DNA of 64,000 nt from NCBI GenBank assembly GCA_963763775.1, contig CAVXPZ010000001.1, forward strand, positions 1,088,001 through 1,152,000, in the 5' to 3' direction. Position 1 is the first letter of the stretch, and every line of letters starts with the position of its first letter. Shown here piece after piece: positions 1 through 10,062 of this stretch. Below the pieces are notes generated by a model, which did not search any database, was not told the origin of the DNA, and saw only the letters and a list, made by a program, of their open reading frames with translations. The position numbers and the translations under genes are program-made. The stretch is from an uncultured Chloroflexia bacterium (GTDB lineage Bacteria; Chloroflexota; Limnocylindria; Limnocylindrales; CSP1-4).

Positions 1-2
1 TC

Positions 3-527
3 GGCAGGGCCGGGCGGAACGAGATCTGGTCGTACGGTCTCCGCAACCCGTGGCGCTTCTCGTTCGACCGCGTGACCGGCGACATCTGGATCGGCGATGT
101 CGGGCAGAACCGCTACGAGGAGATCGACCGAGGCAAGCGGACGACCACCGCCACACGCAACGGGCGGGGCGCGAACTACGGCTGGCGCGTGATGGAAGGC
201 AACCACTGCTACCGCCCGAGCTCCGGCTGCAACCGGTCCGGCAAGGTCCGGCCGATCTCCGAGTACTCGCATGCGAGCGGTCGATGCTCGGTCGTCGGCG
301 GCTATGTCTACCGCGGCACGATGTCGCCCGGACTCGCCGGGCGCTACATCTTCGGCGACTTCTGCGCGGGGCAGATCCGCTCGCTCTCGCGAACGGCGAC
401 GACCGGATCCCGGTCCAACGTCCTGCTCTCGACCGGTCTGATGATCACGTCCTTCGGCGAGGACGAGGGCGGCGAGATCTACGTGACGGACCTCGGCGGG
501 TCGGTCAACCGCATCTCTGCCAGCTGA
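3..527 (+). CDS. PQQ-dependent sugar dehydrogenase (glucose/sorbosone dehydrogenase family), 5'-truncated by window edge
   Basis: Frame open from base 3: EIWSYGLRNPWRFSFDRVTGDIWIGDVGQ...GANYGW...SVVGGYVYRG...YIFGDFC...ITSFGEDEGGEIYV, typical GSDH propeller motifs. Confidence 0.9.
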   Translation, partial: GRAGRNEIWSYGLRNPWRFSFDRVTGDIWIGDVGQNRYEEIDRGKRTTTATRNGRGANYGWRVMEGNHCYRPSSGCNRSGKVRPISEYSHASGRCSVVGGYVYRGTMSPGLAGRYIFGDFCAGQIRSLSRTATTGSRSNVLLSTGLMITSFGEDEGGEIYVTDLGGSVNRISAS

Positions 528-622
528 CGGCCCGGCCCTACCTTCGCCGGTCGGGCCCCGTGGTATCGTTGCGGTGTCAACGACCCGGTATCCCCTGTCC
601 GAGGGTGTAGCATCTCAGCGCC

Positions 623-1159
623 ATGACCGTCACCAGACCAGCCGACCGCCGGCTCACCGCCCACGACGCGCGCCTCGCGCCGTGGCGCTCGTTCCTCCAG
701 GCGCATGCCCGAGTGGCGCGGCGCCTCGATGACGAGCTTCGCGCCGAGCACGATCTGTCGGTCGCCGAGTACGACGCGCTGCTCAACATCGCCGAGGCAC
801 CGGCCAGGCGGATCCGGATGAGCCAACTCGCGGACCGGGTCGTGCTGAGCAAGAGCGGCGTCACCCGTCTGATCGACCGGCTCGTGGAGGATGGCCTCGT
901 GGAGCGCAGCGCGTGCGTCTCCGACGCGCGCGGTGCCGAAGCCGTCCTGACCGAGGCCGGACTCGCGCGTCTGCGGGCGGCGTCCCGCACCCACCTCCGA
1001 GGCATCGAGGACCACTTCCTCGACGTCATCGACCCCGCGGATCTCGACGTGGTGGGGCAGGCCCTCCAGGCCGTCGCCGACCGAGCCGGCGCCGGTCCGA
1101 CCGACCCCGGCATCTGCGCGCCCGACGCCGCCGCACCGGACGTCGCCGCGCGGCGCTGA
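623..1159 (+). CDS. MarR family transcriptional regulator
   Basis: LSVAEYDALLNI...IRMSQLADRVVLSKSGVTRLIDRLVEDGLVER...DARGAEAVLTEAG winged-helix signature. Confidence 0.92.
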   Translation: MTVTRPADRRLTAHDARLAPWRSFLQAHARVARRLDDELRAEHDLSVAEYDALLNIAEAPARRIRMSQLADRVVLSKSGVTRLIDRLVEDGLVERSACVSDARGAEAVLTEAGLARLRAASRTHLRGIEDHFLDVIDPADLDVVGQALQAVADRAGAGPTDPGICAPDAAAPDVAARR

Positions 1160-1165
1160 CCGGTC

Positions 1166-1894
1166 GTGCCCGGGCGCCTGTACGTCGGGACGAGTGGCTT
1201 CGCGTATCCCGGCTGGGCGCCGCGCTTCTATCCGGCCGGTCTGCGCGGCGACGGATTCCTGACCCACTACGCGTCGCGGCTGTCCGCCGTCGAACTGAAC
1301 AACACGTTCTACCAGCAGCCGTCCGCGGCCAAGGTCGCCGCCTGGCTGGCCGCGACTCCGACGACCTTCCGGTTCGTGGTCAAGGCGCAGCGCGGCGGGA
1401 CCTATCGCTCCTTCGCCGAGCCGACGCCCGGCCTGCCGTGGCTGACCGACCCGTACCGCGCCTTCGGGGAACGGCTGGGCGCCGTCCTGTTCCGCGTGCC
1501 CGACGGGTCGCGCCGCGATGACGCGCGTCTCGCGGCCTTCCTCTCGGCGTGGCCGCGCGACCTGCCCCTGGCGATGGAGTTCCAGGATCCGGGCTGGCAC
1601 GTCGACGAGACGTTCGCCGCCCTGAGCGCCGCCGGGGCCTCGCTGACCACGACCGAGCTCCCCGAGGACGAGACGCCGCCGACCATCCGCCGCATCGGGC
1701 GGTTCCTCGATCTGCGGTTGCGCCGCCACGACTATTCGGCGGCCGAGCTGTCCGCGTGGGCCGCCCGTCTGGAGCCGTTCCTCGCCGATGGCGTCGATGC
1801 CTTCGTGTTCTTCCGCCACGACGACAGCGGGCGCGGACCCGAGCTGGCGCTCGAGCTCTCCGAACGGCTCATGGATGTGGCGCCGGGCGCCTGA
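1166..1894 (+). CDS. DUF72 domain-containing protein
   Basis: LYVGTSGFAYPGW...FYP...AVELNNTFY...FRFVVKA, characteristic DUF72 N-terminus. Confidence 0.9.
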   Translation: MPGRLYVGTSGFAYPGWAPRFYPAGLRGDGFLTHYASRLSAVELNNTFYQQPSAAKVAAWLAATPTTFRFVVKAQRGGTYRSFAEPTPGLPWLTDPYRAFGERLGAVLFRVPDGSRRDDARLAAFLSAWPRDLPLAMEFQDPGWHVDETFAALSAAGASLTTTELPEDETPPTIRRIGRFLDLRLRRHDYSAAELSAWAARLEPFLADGVDAFVFFRHDDSGRGPELALELSERLMDVAPGA

Positions 1895-1948
1895 GGGAGG
1901 GCGCGTCGCGGGTGGCGCCGGGTCGGTGCGCGCTGCTACGATCGGTCG

Positions 1949-2664
1949 ATGACGGCGGCACCGATCATCCTGGTCCCGGGGTTCTGGCTCGGTGCGTGGG
2001 CGTGGGACGAGGTCGGCGCCACGCTTCGAGCCGCCGGCCACGACGTGACGGCCCTGACCCTGCCCGGCCTGGAGTCGGCCGACGTCGACCGCTCGACGAT
2101 CCATCTCGTCGACCACGTCGACGCGATCGTCGACGCCATCGAGGCCGCCGATCGGCCGGTCGTCCTGGCCGTCCACAGCGCGAGCGGGTTCAGCGGCTAC
2201 GCCGCGAGCGACCGCGTGCCGGAGCGGATCGCCGCGATGGTCTACGTCGACACGGCGCCAGGCAAGGGAGCGCTCGACCCGGACTTCGCAGACGTCGAGA
2301 AGCCGATGGTCTGGGATGACATCGTGGCGGAGGAGAACCTCGACGGCCTGACGACGCGCAGAAGGAGACCTTCCGCCAGCGGGCCGTCCCGGTGCCGGGC
2401 AGCCTGATCCGCGAGAGCGCCGAGCTGACGAACGACGCCCGCCGCGACATCCCGAGCACCTTCATCTGCACGGGGTTCTCCGCCGAGGCGTACCAGCAGT
2501 ACGCCAGGGAGCATCCGGAATGGGCGTTCCTCGCCGGCATCCCCGAGCTGCGCGACACGACCTGGATCGACCTGCCCACGAGCCACTGGCCCATGTGGTC
2601 GCGGCCGGCCGAGCTCGCCGCGATCATCGGCGACGTCGCCACGGCGCACGGCTCCGACCGCTAG
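1949..2664 (+). CDS. Alpha/beta hydrolase (esterase-like); one frameshift near 2350
   Basis: ILVPGFWLGAWAW...LAVHSASG nucleophile elbow in 1949..2407; C-terminus LPTSHWPMWSRPAELA in 2392..2664. Confidence 0.85.
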
Positions 2665-2993
2665 CCCCTCGCGCGGTCGCCCTCGGCCGGGCCGAAGAAC
2701 ACGACGAGTTCCAGGCGCTCCGTGATGTCGTGGAACCGATGCGGGACGGTGGCGGCCACGAACACCAGGGAGCCGGCGCGCACGGTCCGCTCCTCGTCGC
2801 CGACGGTGACCGTCGCGGCGCCGCGGGCGACGTAGTAGAGCTCGTCCTCCGTGTGCGGCGACTGGGGGTCCGTCCCGCCGGCCTCGATCACGTACAGGCC
2901 CGCCGACAGGTCGGGGACGCGGAGGAACTCCTCATACAGCACCCCGCGGTCCACGCGTCGTCGCTCGATCTCGTCCAGCTCCCAGGCTTCCAT
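2661..2993 (-). CDS. Cupin domain protein
   Basis: QSPHTEDELYYV...GSLVFVAATVPHRFHDI cupin metal motifs. Confidence 0.9.
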   Translation of the reverse strand: MEAWELDEIERRRVDRGVLYEEFLRVPDLSAGLYVIEAGGTDPQSPHTEDELYYVARGAATVTVGDEERTVRAGSLVFVAATVPHRFHDITERLELVVFFGPAEGDRARG

Positions 2994-4429
2994 GGATCAA
3001 CCCTCCTGCTGACTCGATGGCGGTGGTGTTCGCCGCCGCGGGCGACTCGCCGAGGAGTTCGGCCGCCGCGCGGTCCCGGTCGGCATCGCTGTCGAATGCG
3101 AGGAGCAGCATGCCCGTCCCGGCGACGAGGCGGAGGGCCGGTCGGGCGCCGCGGAGTGGGTAGACCGCCCCCGACGACAGGCGTCGGAGCTCCCCGAGGC
3201 CCACGGCGACGCCCTCGGGGCGGCCCTGACGTTCGATGATGAGGGTGGAGTCCGGCTCCACGCCCGTGACGACGGTCTGGAAGCGCAGCAGGTCGGCGGC
3301 GGCCTCGCGGACGTGGAGCGGGCCGGCGGCGGTCCGCAGGATCCCCGTGACCCGCAACGGGATCCGCCCGTCCACCGGCAGGCTCCTCGCCGGCTCTGGC
3401 AGCGGGCTGCGAGGCGCGGCGGTAGATGAGGTATCCCCCGGCGACCCCGACGAGGATGACGCCGGCCAGGATCCCGCAGATGGCCGCGATGCCCAACGCT
3501 GCCACCGCGCCATGCGGCGCGTCGCCCTCGTCGAGGACGTAGTGCGGGCTGACCGTGATGCCGAGGCCATCGAAGTCGAGGCCGGTCGTCGTCGTGGCTT
3601 CGCTCACGGAGTGCTCGTCGCGGTGGAGGACGCCCGTGAACGTGGCCGGCAGGAACTCCGGTGACTCGGTCGTGACCACGACCACCCCGCGCAACGTCGT
3701 CGGGTCGTAGACCAGGACGTCGTACGAGTCGATCTCCGCGTCGTCGCACGTCCCGTCGACGTCGGCGTCGTGGGAGCAGACCGGGTACCAGTCGGCGGAC
3801 TGGGCACCGGCGATCGTCACCGGGGCGCCGTCGCCGGGGAGCGCGGCAAGATCGGCCGAGGTGGACGGCGTGGCGACGCCCACCGTCGCGTCGACGTAGC
3901 GCTGGTCGTCGAGCACGATATCGAGCGCGGCGATCGTGTCGGAGAAGTACTGCCGATCCTCGGCGACGTACGTCGGATCCACGTGCACCTGCCCCGCGCG
4001 GCGCACCTGGAACACGTCGGTCGGTGGACGCTGCGAGCGCACGGTCACGCCGGCACGGGTCGTCGGGTCGACGAGGAAGTAGTACCAGGCGGCCGTCGCC
4101 TCGCCGTCGTCGCGGACGTCGTTGGCGTTGGTGTCGAAGTAGGTCTCGACGTAGCCGCTCGACACCGAGCCCGACATCGCCGCGAAGGCGTGGTTCCCGA
4201 GGTCGGTCTCGCCGACGGCCGGCCCGAGCACGCGAGCGATCGGCGCATCGGCGGCTTCGAGCCCGCTGCTGACCAGGAGCCCGGCGAGGAACACCAGCCC
4301 GGCCGCGACCGCGATCGACCCCGGCCGGACGCCGAGCGGGTCGCTGGTGGAGCGGCGCGTGAACAGTCGAGCGAAGCGGTCCGCTCGGTCGGCGAGGGCG
4401 CCGGCGCCGGAGATCAGGCGGTCGATCAT
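2990..4429 (-). CDS. Hypothetical membrane protein with duplicated extracytoplasmic domain; frameshift near 3405, 3' end approximate
   Basis: ATG 4429 preceded by GGAGG; two hydrophobic segments flank an acidic region; C-terminal part continues in the frame of ORF 2932..3570 (PLPEPARSLPVDGRIPLRVTG...). Confidence 0.65.
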
Positions 4430-4500
4430 CGTGCCTCCGCCGGGAGGGTAGCAGGGCGCCATCGGTGCTCGATACGGCGTCCTGCCGTAGCATCCTGCCG

Positions 4501-5791
4501 ATGCCGATGCCCTTGCGACCACCCACGGGACGTCCATTCCGTTGGCTTGCGGTCATGCTCGTCGCGCGTCCTCGCGGCTGGCTGCACGCTGGTCGAGCCC
4601 TCGTCGACGGTCCGTCCGTCCGCGACGATCGCGCCACCGTCGCCCAGTGCGTCACCGGCGCCGACCCCGCCGGCCACGACCACCCCGGTCCCGACCGTGA
4701 CCGCCGCGCCGGCGAGCATCCGGCTCGACAAGGTCGCCGAGGGCTTCGACCAGCCGCTCGATGTCGCCGTCCCGGAGGACGGCACCGGGCGGATCTTCGT
4801 CGTCGAGCAGGGCGGGCGGATCCGGATCGTGCGTGACGGGACCGTCGACCAGACGCCGTTCCTCGACATCAGCGACCGCATCAGCGCCGGCGGCGAGCGG
4901 GGCCTGCTCGGGATGGCGCTGCATCCGGACTATCCCAGCGACGGCCGGATCTTCGTCGACTACACGGACAAGGACGGCAACACGGTGGTCTCTTCGTTCG
5001 AGACGTCGCTCGACGCGGACGTCATCGATCCGGGCACCGAGAAGGTCCTGCTCCGGGTCCAGCAGCCCTACCCCAACCACAACGGCGGTTCGGTCGTGTT
5101 CGGGGGCGACGGGATGCTGTACATCGGGATGGGTGACGGCGGGTCCGGCGGCGACCCGCAAGGGAACGGCCAGAACCTCGGGACGATGCTCGGCAAGATC
5201 CTGCGGATCGATGTGGACGTGGCAGCCGGGAACGACGGCCCCTACGCGATCCCCGAGGACAACCCGTACGCCGACGGCGCGGACGGCGCTCGACCGGAGA
5301 TCTGGGCGAGCGGGCTGCGCAACCCGTGGAGGATGCGGTTCGACGGGGCCACCGGCGACCTGTGGGTCGGTGACGTCGGGCAGGCGGCCTGGGAGGAGGT
5401 CGACGTGATCCGGGCGGGCACCGGTGGACTCGACCTGGGATGGAACGTCATGGAGGCGACCCACTGCTACCAGCCCGCCCAGGGCTGCGACCAGACGGGT
5501 CTCACGTTGCCCGTCGCGGAGTACGGGCACGATCTCGGGTGCGCGATCGTGGGCGGCGTCGTGGTCCATGACCACACGATGCCGACGATCGACGGGCGCT
5601 ACATCTTCTCGGACGACTGCACCGGCAACATCTGGGTGATCGATACGGGGGGCGCGGCCTTGCGGGATCCGACGCTCGTGCTCGACAGCGGGCGCGCCAT
5701 CAGCGCCATCGCGCAGGACAGCACCGGCGCGGTCTACATGACCGACCTGGGCAGCGGCGAGCTGCTGCGGGTGGCGGAGGCCGGAAGCTAG
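4501..5791 (+). CDS. PQQ-dependent sugar dehydrogenase (GSDH family) lipoprotein; frameshift in signal peptide near 4565
   Basis: Lipobox LAAGC, Pro/Thr linker, FVVEQGGRI, GGERGLLGMALHP, QPYPNHNGG, GDGGSGGDP, GLRNPWR. Confidence 0.9.
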
Positions 5792-5958
5792 ACGAGCGGC
5801 GGGGGCTCGGGCCCGGCGTCGCGCTGTCAGGCGATTGTGATGTCCCGGGGAGGTCCTGTAGCCCGCCGACTCTCGCCGGTCGCAGAGATTGATGACCCGC
5901 CCCGATACCGGGGCATCACACGACCAGTGGGGTGACCCACCTGGGATGGAGGTTGGAT

Positions 5959-6240
5959 ATGAGCATCATCGCGTGGATCGTCCTTGGGGCGATCGCCGGG
6001 TACATCGCCGGCTTCCTCGTCAAGGGTGACGAGGGTCTCGGGGTCATCGGCCACATCGTGCTCGGCATCGTCGGCGCCCTGGTCGGCGGGTTCCTTGCCA
6101 GCGTCCTCTTCGACTCGCACCCGATCGATGGCGCCCTCGACGTCAGCTCGATCGTCGTGTCGGTCATCGGTGCGGTCATCGTCGTGCTCGTCGTCGGCGC
6201 GGTCACCGGGCGGCGGAGCGTCGGCCGAGGGTCGATCTAG
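5959..6240 (+). CDS. GlsB/YeaQ/YmgE family stress response membrane protein
   Basis: MSIIAWIVLGAIAGYIA...GIVGALVGG...VIGAVIVV; SD GGAGG upstream. Confidence 0.9.
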   Translation: MSIIAWIVLGAIAGYIAGFLVKGDEGLGVIGHIVLGIVGALVGGFLASVLFDSHPIDGALDVSSIVVSVIGAVIVVLVVGAVTGRRSVGRGSI

Positions 6241-6272
6241 CTCTCGCGAACACCTGCACTCGCGAACACATG

Positions 6273-6303
6273 GGACACCCGCCCCGGCCCAGGGCGGGTG
6301 TCC
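6273..6303 (+). terminator. Putative terminator hairpin after the GlsB/YeaQ gene
   Basis: 12-bp stem GGACACCCGCCC/GGGCGGGTGTCC followed by a pyrimidine-rich tract. Confidence 0.55.
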
Positions 6304-6520
6304 TCCTCTGTCGGCGACAACGGCATCCTTCTGCAAGGTCCTGCCGCGTCCCTGAAGCCTGACCGAGGCCCCGCCACCCGCACGGTGAGCGGCGTCGGCC
6401 CCCGTGCCACTGGGGGTTCCGGGGGCCGACTTGCTCGTTGCCAACGACGGGAAGCGCTTCTGACGGAGCGCTCGCCACCCGTCATCTCCGGCAAGCGGCC
6501 GGTCAAGGAGGACCTGGATC

Positions 6521-6877
6521 ATGACCACCACGATCGCCACACCATCGAACAGCCCCATCGACGGCGCCGCCGAGACCGTTCGCTCGGTCGCCGGCAGCGT
6601 CGCCGCCCGAGTGCCGGAAGCGGCGTCCACGACACGCGACGTCCTCGTCGAAGCCGATCGGCGGCTGCGCACCGGGTCGGACCAGATGCTCGCGATCGGC
6701 GCCGCGCTGTCGTTCGGCCTCGCGATGGGCCTCCTGCTCGGTGGGGCCGGCCGGCTGCTCGTGGCCGCCGCGCTGGCACCGGCCGCCGCGATGGGACTCC
6801 GCCTGATCGACCGCGAGACGGCGGGTATCCGCGGGCCGCGGGTCGACCACCCGCTGAACCAGCTGCAATACCGCTGA
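6521..6877 (+). CDS. Hypothetical membrane-anchored protein
   Basis: Strong SD AAGGAGG; 118 aa with a C-terminal hydrophobic hairpin. Confidence 0.7.
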   Translation: MTTTIATPSNSPIDGAAETVRSVAGSVAARVPEAASTTRDVLVEADRRLRTGSDQMLAIGAALSFGLAMGLLLGGAGRLLVAAALAPAAAMGLRLIDRETAGIRGPRVDHPLNQLQYR

Positions 6878-6977
6878 TAGCGCGGACGGCGCCACGACGT
6901 CCGGCGCGACACGGCTCGAGGACTACGGTCGTGGCACGCCACCCATCCAGGGCGGCACCCCACCGGAGGAGCACACC

Positions 6978-7166
6978 ATGGACGAGGCCAAGAAGACCTA
7001 TCGCGAGACCGAACAGGACGCGAAGGAGACGTGGCGCCGCTCCGACGGCGACGAGGATCTCGGCGACAAGGTCGGCAACGCCGGGGACGAGATCCGCAAG
7101 GACCTCGGCAACGCCGGCGACGACGTGCGCCGGGAGACCGACCGCGTCGCCCAGCCGCCGCGCTGA
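6978..7166 (+). CDS. Small hydrophilic protein (CsbD/LEA-like general stress protein)
   Basis: SD GGAGGA; 62 aa with repeated GNAGD(E/D) motif, highly charged. Confidence 0.75.
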   Translation: MDEAKKTYRETEQDAKETWRRSDGDEDLGDKVGNAGDEIRKDLGNAGDDVRRETDRVAQPPR

Positions 7167-7182
7167 CCGGACCCGATCCGAT

Positions 7183-7212
7183 GATGAGCCCCGGTTCCCC
7201 CCGGGGCTCATC
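7183..7212 (+). terminator. Putative terminator hairpin
   Basis: Perfect 12-bp stem GATGAGCCCCGG/CCGGGGCTCATC 16 nt after the stop codon. Confidence 0.55.
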
Positions 7213-7234
7213 GCGCGCCCACGGGACGACGGGC

Positions 7235-7907
7235 ATGGACGCCGACCGGACCTTCCTCGAGATCCTCTCGCATGAGATCCGCACGCCGATCACAGCCCTC
7301 TACGTCGGGACTCGCCTCCTGGCCGATCGGGACCTCTCCGACGGGTACCGCCGCGCGGTGACGGGCGACCTCGTCATCGAGGTCGAGCGCCTCTACCGTC
7401 TCGTGGAGGATCTCCTGGTCCTCGGCCGGCTGGAGCGAGGCGCGCTGGAGCCGGAGCGGCTGCCGGTCGCCCTGGGCCGGGTCGCCCTCGACGCCATCTC
7501 GGCCGAGGACGCCCTCGCGCACGACCAACGGATCTCCTACACGGGCCCACGCGACCTCGCCGCGGACGCGGCCGATCCGGCCCTGGTGCGGCACGTGGTT
7601 CGAAACCTGCTCGACAACGCGCTCCGGGCCAGTCGCCCACACGACCTCGTCGAGGTCGTCGTGGCGAGCACGGAGCACGAGGTCTCGGTCCGCGTCCTCG
7701 ACCACGGGGATGGCGGCCTGGGCGGCGCGGCGGCGTTCTTGCTGTCCCCCGGACGCGACGGCCACCCAGGCCCAGCGCGCCGGCGGCGGTCTGGGCCTGC
7801 TCGTCATCGGCCGGCTGGTCGAAGCGATGGGCGGGCGGGTCTGGGCCCGGCGGCGAGACCCGCGCGGTGCGGAATTCGGGTTCGCCCTGCCCCGGTCCCC
7901 GAACTAG
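7235..7907 (+). CDS. Sensor-less histidine kinase (HisKA + HATPase); frameshift near 7750
   Basis: H-box SHEIRTPIT about 12 aa from the start, N-box RNLLDNA, G1 VLDHGDG, G2 GGGLGL in the 7710..7907 frame. Confidence 0.8.
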
Positions 7908-8527
7908 CGAGGCTCGGGCGTCGGCGGGCGTGGCGCCGAGAGTTCCGCGGCCTCCATGGGCACGGGCCGGATGAAGGAGACGTGCCGCCCGGGCCCATCG
8001 CCGTCCTTCACGAGCCGGAACTCGACAGGGCGGTCCGGGCCGCCGTCGCCGGGTCGCACGATCGACGTGCTGTGGAGCTCGCCGGTGTCGCGCAGCAGCT
8101 GCAGGATCCACGGGACCGCCGCCCCATAGTCCGGGACGGTGAAGTCGCCGGGCACCCGGGCGCGCAAGCCGGGCAGGTCCACACCCAGCAACCGTAAGGC
8201 CGCGCCGTTCGCCTCGACGTAGTGGCCGTCGTCGTCGACGACGACCCGGGCGGTCGCCGGGTCCTCCCACCAATGCGGCCCGCGCCCGAACGGGCTGAAC
8301 CGGCCGTCGCGGTAGACGTACCAGGCGACGCCGACGAACGAGGCGAGGGCCTCCTGCGGCCGGACGACCGCGCGCGGGAAGATCGGGCGAAGCGCGCGCT
8401 GGAGGGCGGCCGGCGTGTCCCCGGACACGGAATCGAACGTCTGCCGCACGAGCGAGGCGAACAGCACGTCCTCGGGCGGGAAGCAGAGCAAGGCGACGTC
8501 GCGGACGACCAGCGGCGTGTATGGCAC
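7904..8527 (-). CDS. PAS domain protein with uncharacterised N-terminal domain
   Basis: C-half VVVDDDGHYVEANGAALRLLG...IVRPGDGG is PAS-like; SD GAGAGGGG upstream. Confidence 0.75.
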   Translation of the reverse strand: MPYTPLVVRDVALLCFPPEDVLFASLVRQTFDSVSGDTPAALQRALRPIFPRAVVRPQEALASFVGVAWYVYRDGRFSPFGRGPHWWEDPATARVVVDDDGHYVEANGAALRLLGVDLPGLRARVPGDFTVPDYGAAVPWILQLLRDTGELHSTSIVRPGDGGPDRPVEFRLVKDGDGPGRHVSFIRPVPMEAAELSAPRPPTPEPR

Positions 8528-8542
8528 GAGGGGCCCCTCTCC

Positions 8543-9858
8543 TCAGATCAGCCACGAACGCGACCCGCACTCTCCCGGCGGTCGTCGACCCGGATCGCGT
8601 CTCGGCGGTAGCGTCGCGGGCGCGACGTCGGACGTCAAGCCGCTCGCTCCTGGGTCCGCTGGCGCCGAGGCGCGGCCGCGTCGCCCGGTCGACTCGAGCC
8701 GGCCCCGACCGGCTACTGGCCGGAGGCCAGCACCTCGCGATCGGTCGGCGGCGCGTCCGCCGACCCGGGCGTCGGCGAGCCGCGTGACGCCATCGTCCGG
8801 CGTGCCGCTGCCCTCGCCGACCATGGTCTGGTACACCGCCTCGTACCCGTCGGTCATGCGCTGCGCCGAGAACCGCTCGAGGACGGACGCGCGGATCGCC
8901 GCGCGATCGAGGCCGTCCACGCCGTCGACCTTGAAGGCGAGCTGGCCGATGTCGTCGCCGAAGAAGCCGTCGATGCCGTCGCGGATGATCTCCGGGAGGC
9001 CGCCGATGCGCCGGGCGATGACCGGCGTCCCGCAGGCGAGCGCCTCGATCGCGACGAGACCGAACGGCTCCGGCCACGAGCCGGGCATCAGGGACGCGTA
9101 GCTCTCGGCGAACAGGCGATCGCGGTCCGCCTGGTCGAGCTCGCCGAGGAACTCGACGTCGCGAGCCGGCGGCCCGGAGGGCCGGCTGGAACACGTCGGT
9201 CGTTGTAGTCCCGCTCCGGCGGGTTGGGTCCGATCTTCGCCGCGATCCGCAAGGGCCGCCCGGCCTTCTGGGCGATCTCGATCGCCTCCACGATCCCCTT
9301 CTCGGGCGCCACGCGCCCCACGAAGCACAGGGCGTCGCTCCGTCGCCGCTCGAACGGGGCGTCCGTGAGGGTCAGGCCGTTGTGGACGACCGTCCAGGGC
9401 ACCTCGGGATGGGTCGACGCCTGGTTCGTGGCTGATCGCGACGAGCCCGTCCGGAGGGTCGCGGAAGGCGTCCACGCGCCCACGGGAGGTCGAGCCGGCC
9501 GTGGAACGTGGAGACCACCGGCACGGGCGAGACCCGCGCGAGCAGGAGGCTCGACCACTCGAGGTGGGAGTGGATGACGTCGAACTCGGCGGCGTGGTCC
9601 AGCACCTGGTGGATCGTCGAGAGGAAGTACGGGCAGGGATTCGCCGGTGTAGCCGATGGGCCGGAGGGCCTCGGGTACGGTCGCGACATGCCGACCGGCG
9701 ACCGCGGAGTCGCCGCTCGCGAAGGTCGTCACCTCGTGACCACGACGGTCGAGCTCCTGCACGAGCTCGAAGACGATCCGCTCGGTCCCGCCGTACGCGC
9801 GCGGAGGGACCCGTTCGAACGGGGGCGCGACCTGGGCGATGCGGAGCGGGTGGGTCAT
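8543..9858 (-). CDS. Glycosyltransferase family 4; several frameshifts
   Basis: LRIAQVAPPFERVPPRAYGGTER, FDVIHSH, FVGRVAPEKG, WPEPFGLVAIEALACGTPVIA spread over three frames. Confidence 0.88.
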
Positions 9859-10062
9859 GGGGCGATACCTCTGCGGATGATAGCCCCGGTGGTCACCATG
9901 GCCCGCGAAGCGAACCTACGGTATGGTCGGACCCGCAGTCGCCGCATCACACGGCCGAGCCAGCTGCCTCTCAGTCGCATGACAGTGACGAACGGCGCTC
10001 GGCGGCCACGGGAGGTCCGCGCTTGACGGCATCATCGGGCGACCGGCGCGCCATCACGAAGC

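Noticed and set aside
6378-6430. Resemblance to a cobalamin riboswitch (CCCGCACGGTGA...GCCACTG)
   Set aside because: The upstream GGGAA/GGTG elements and the downstream GGGAAG/AGYCAGRAGACC B12 box are missing, and the downstream gene is not B12-related. Kept only as a generic structured-leader candidate.
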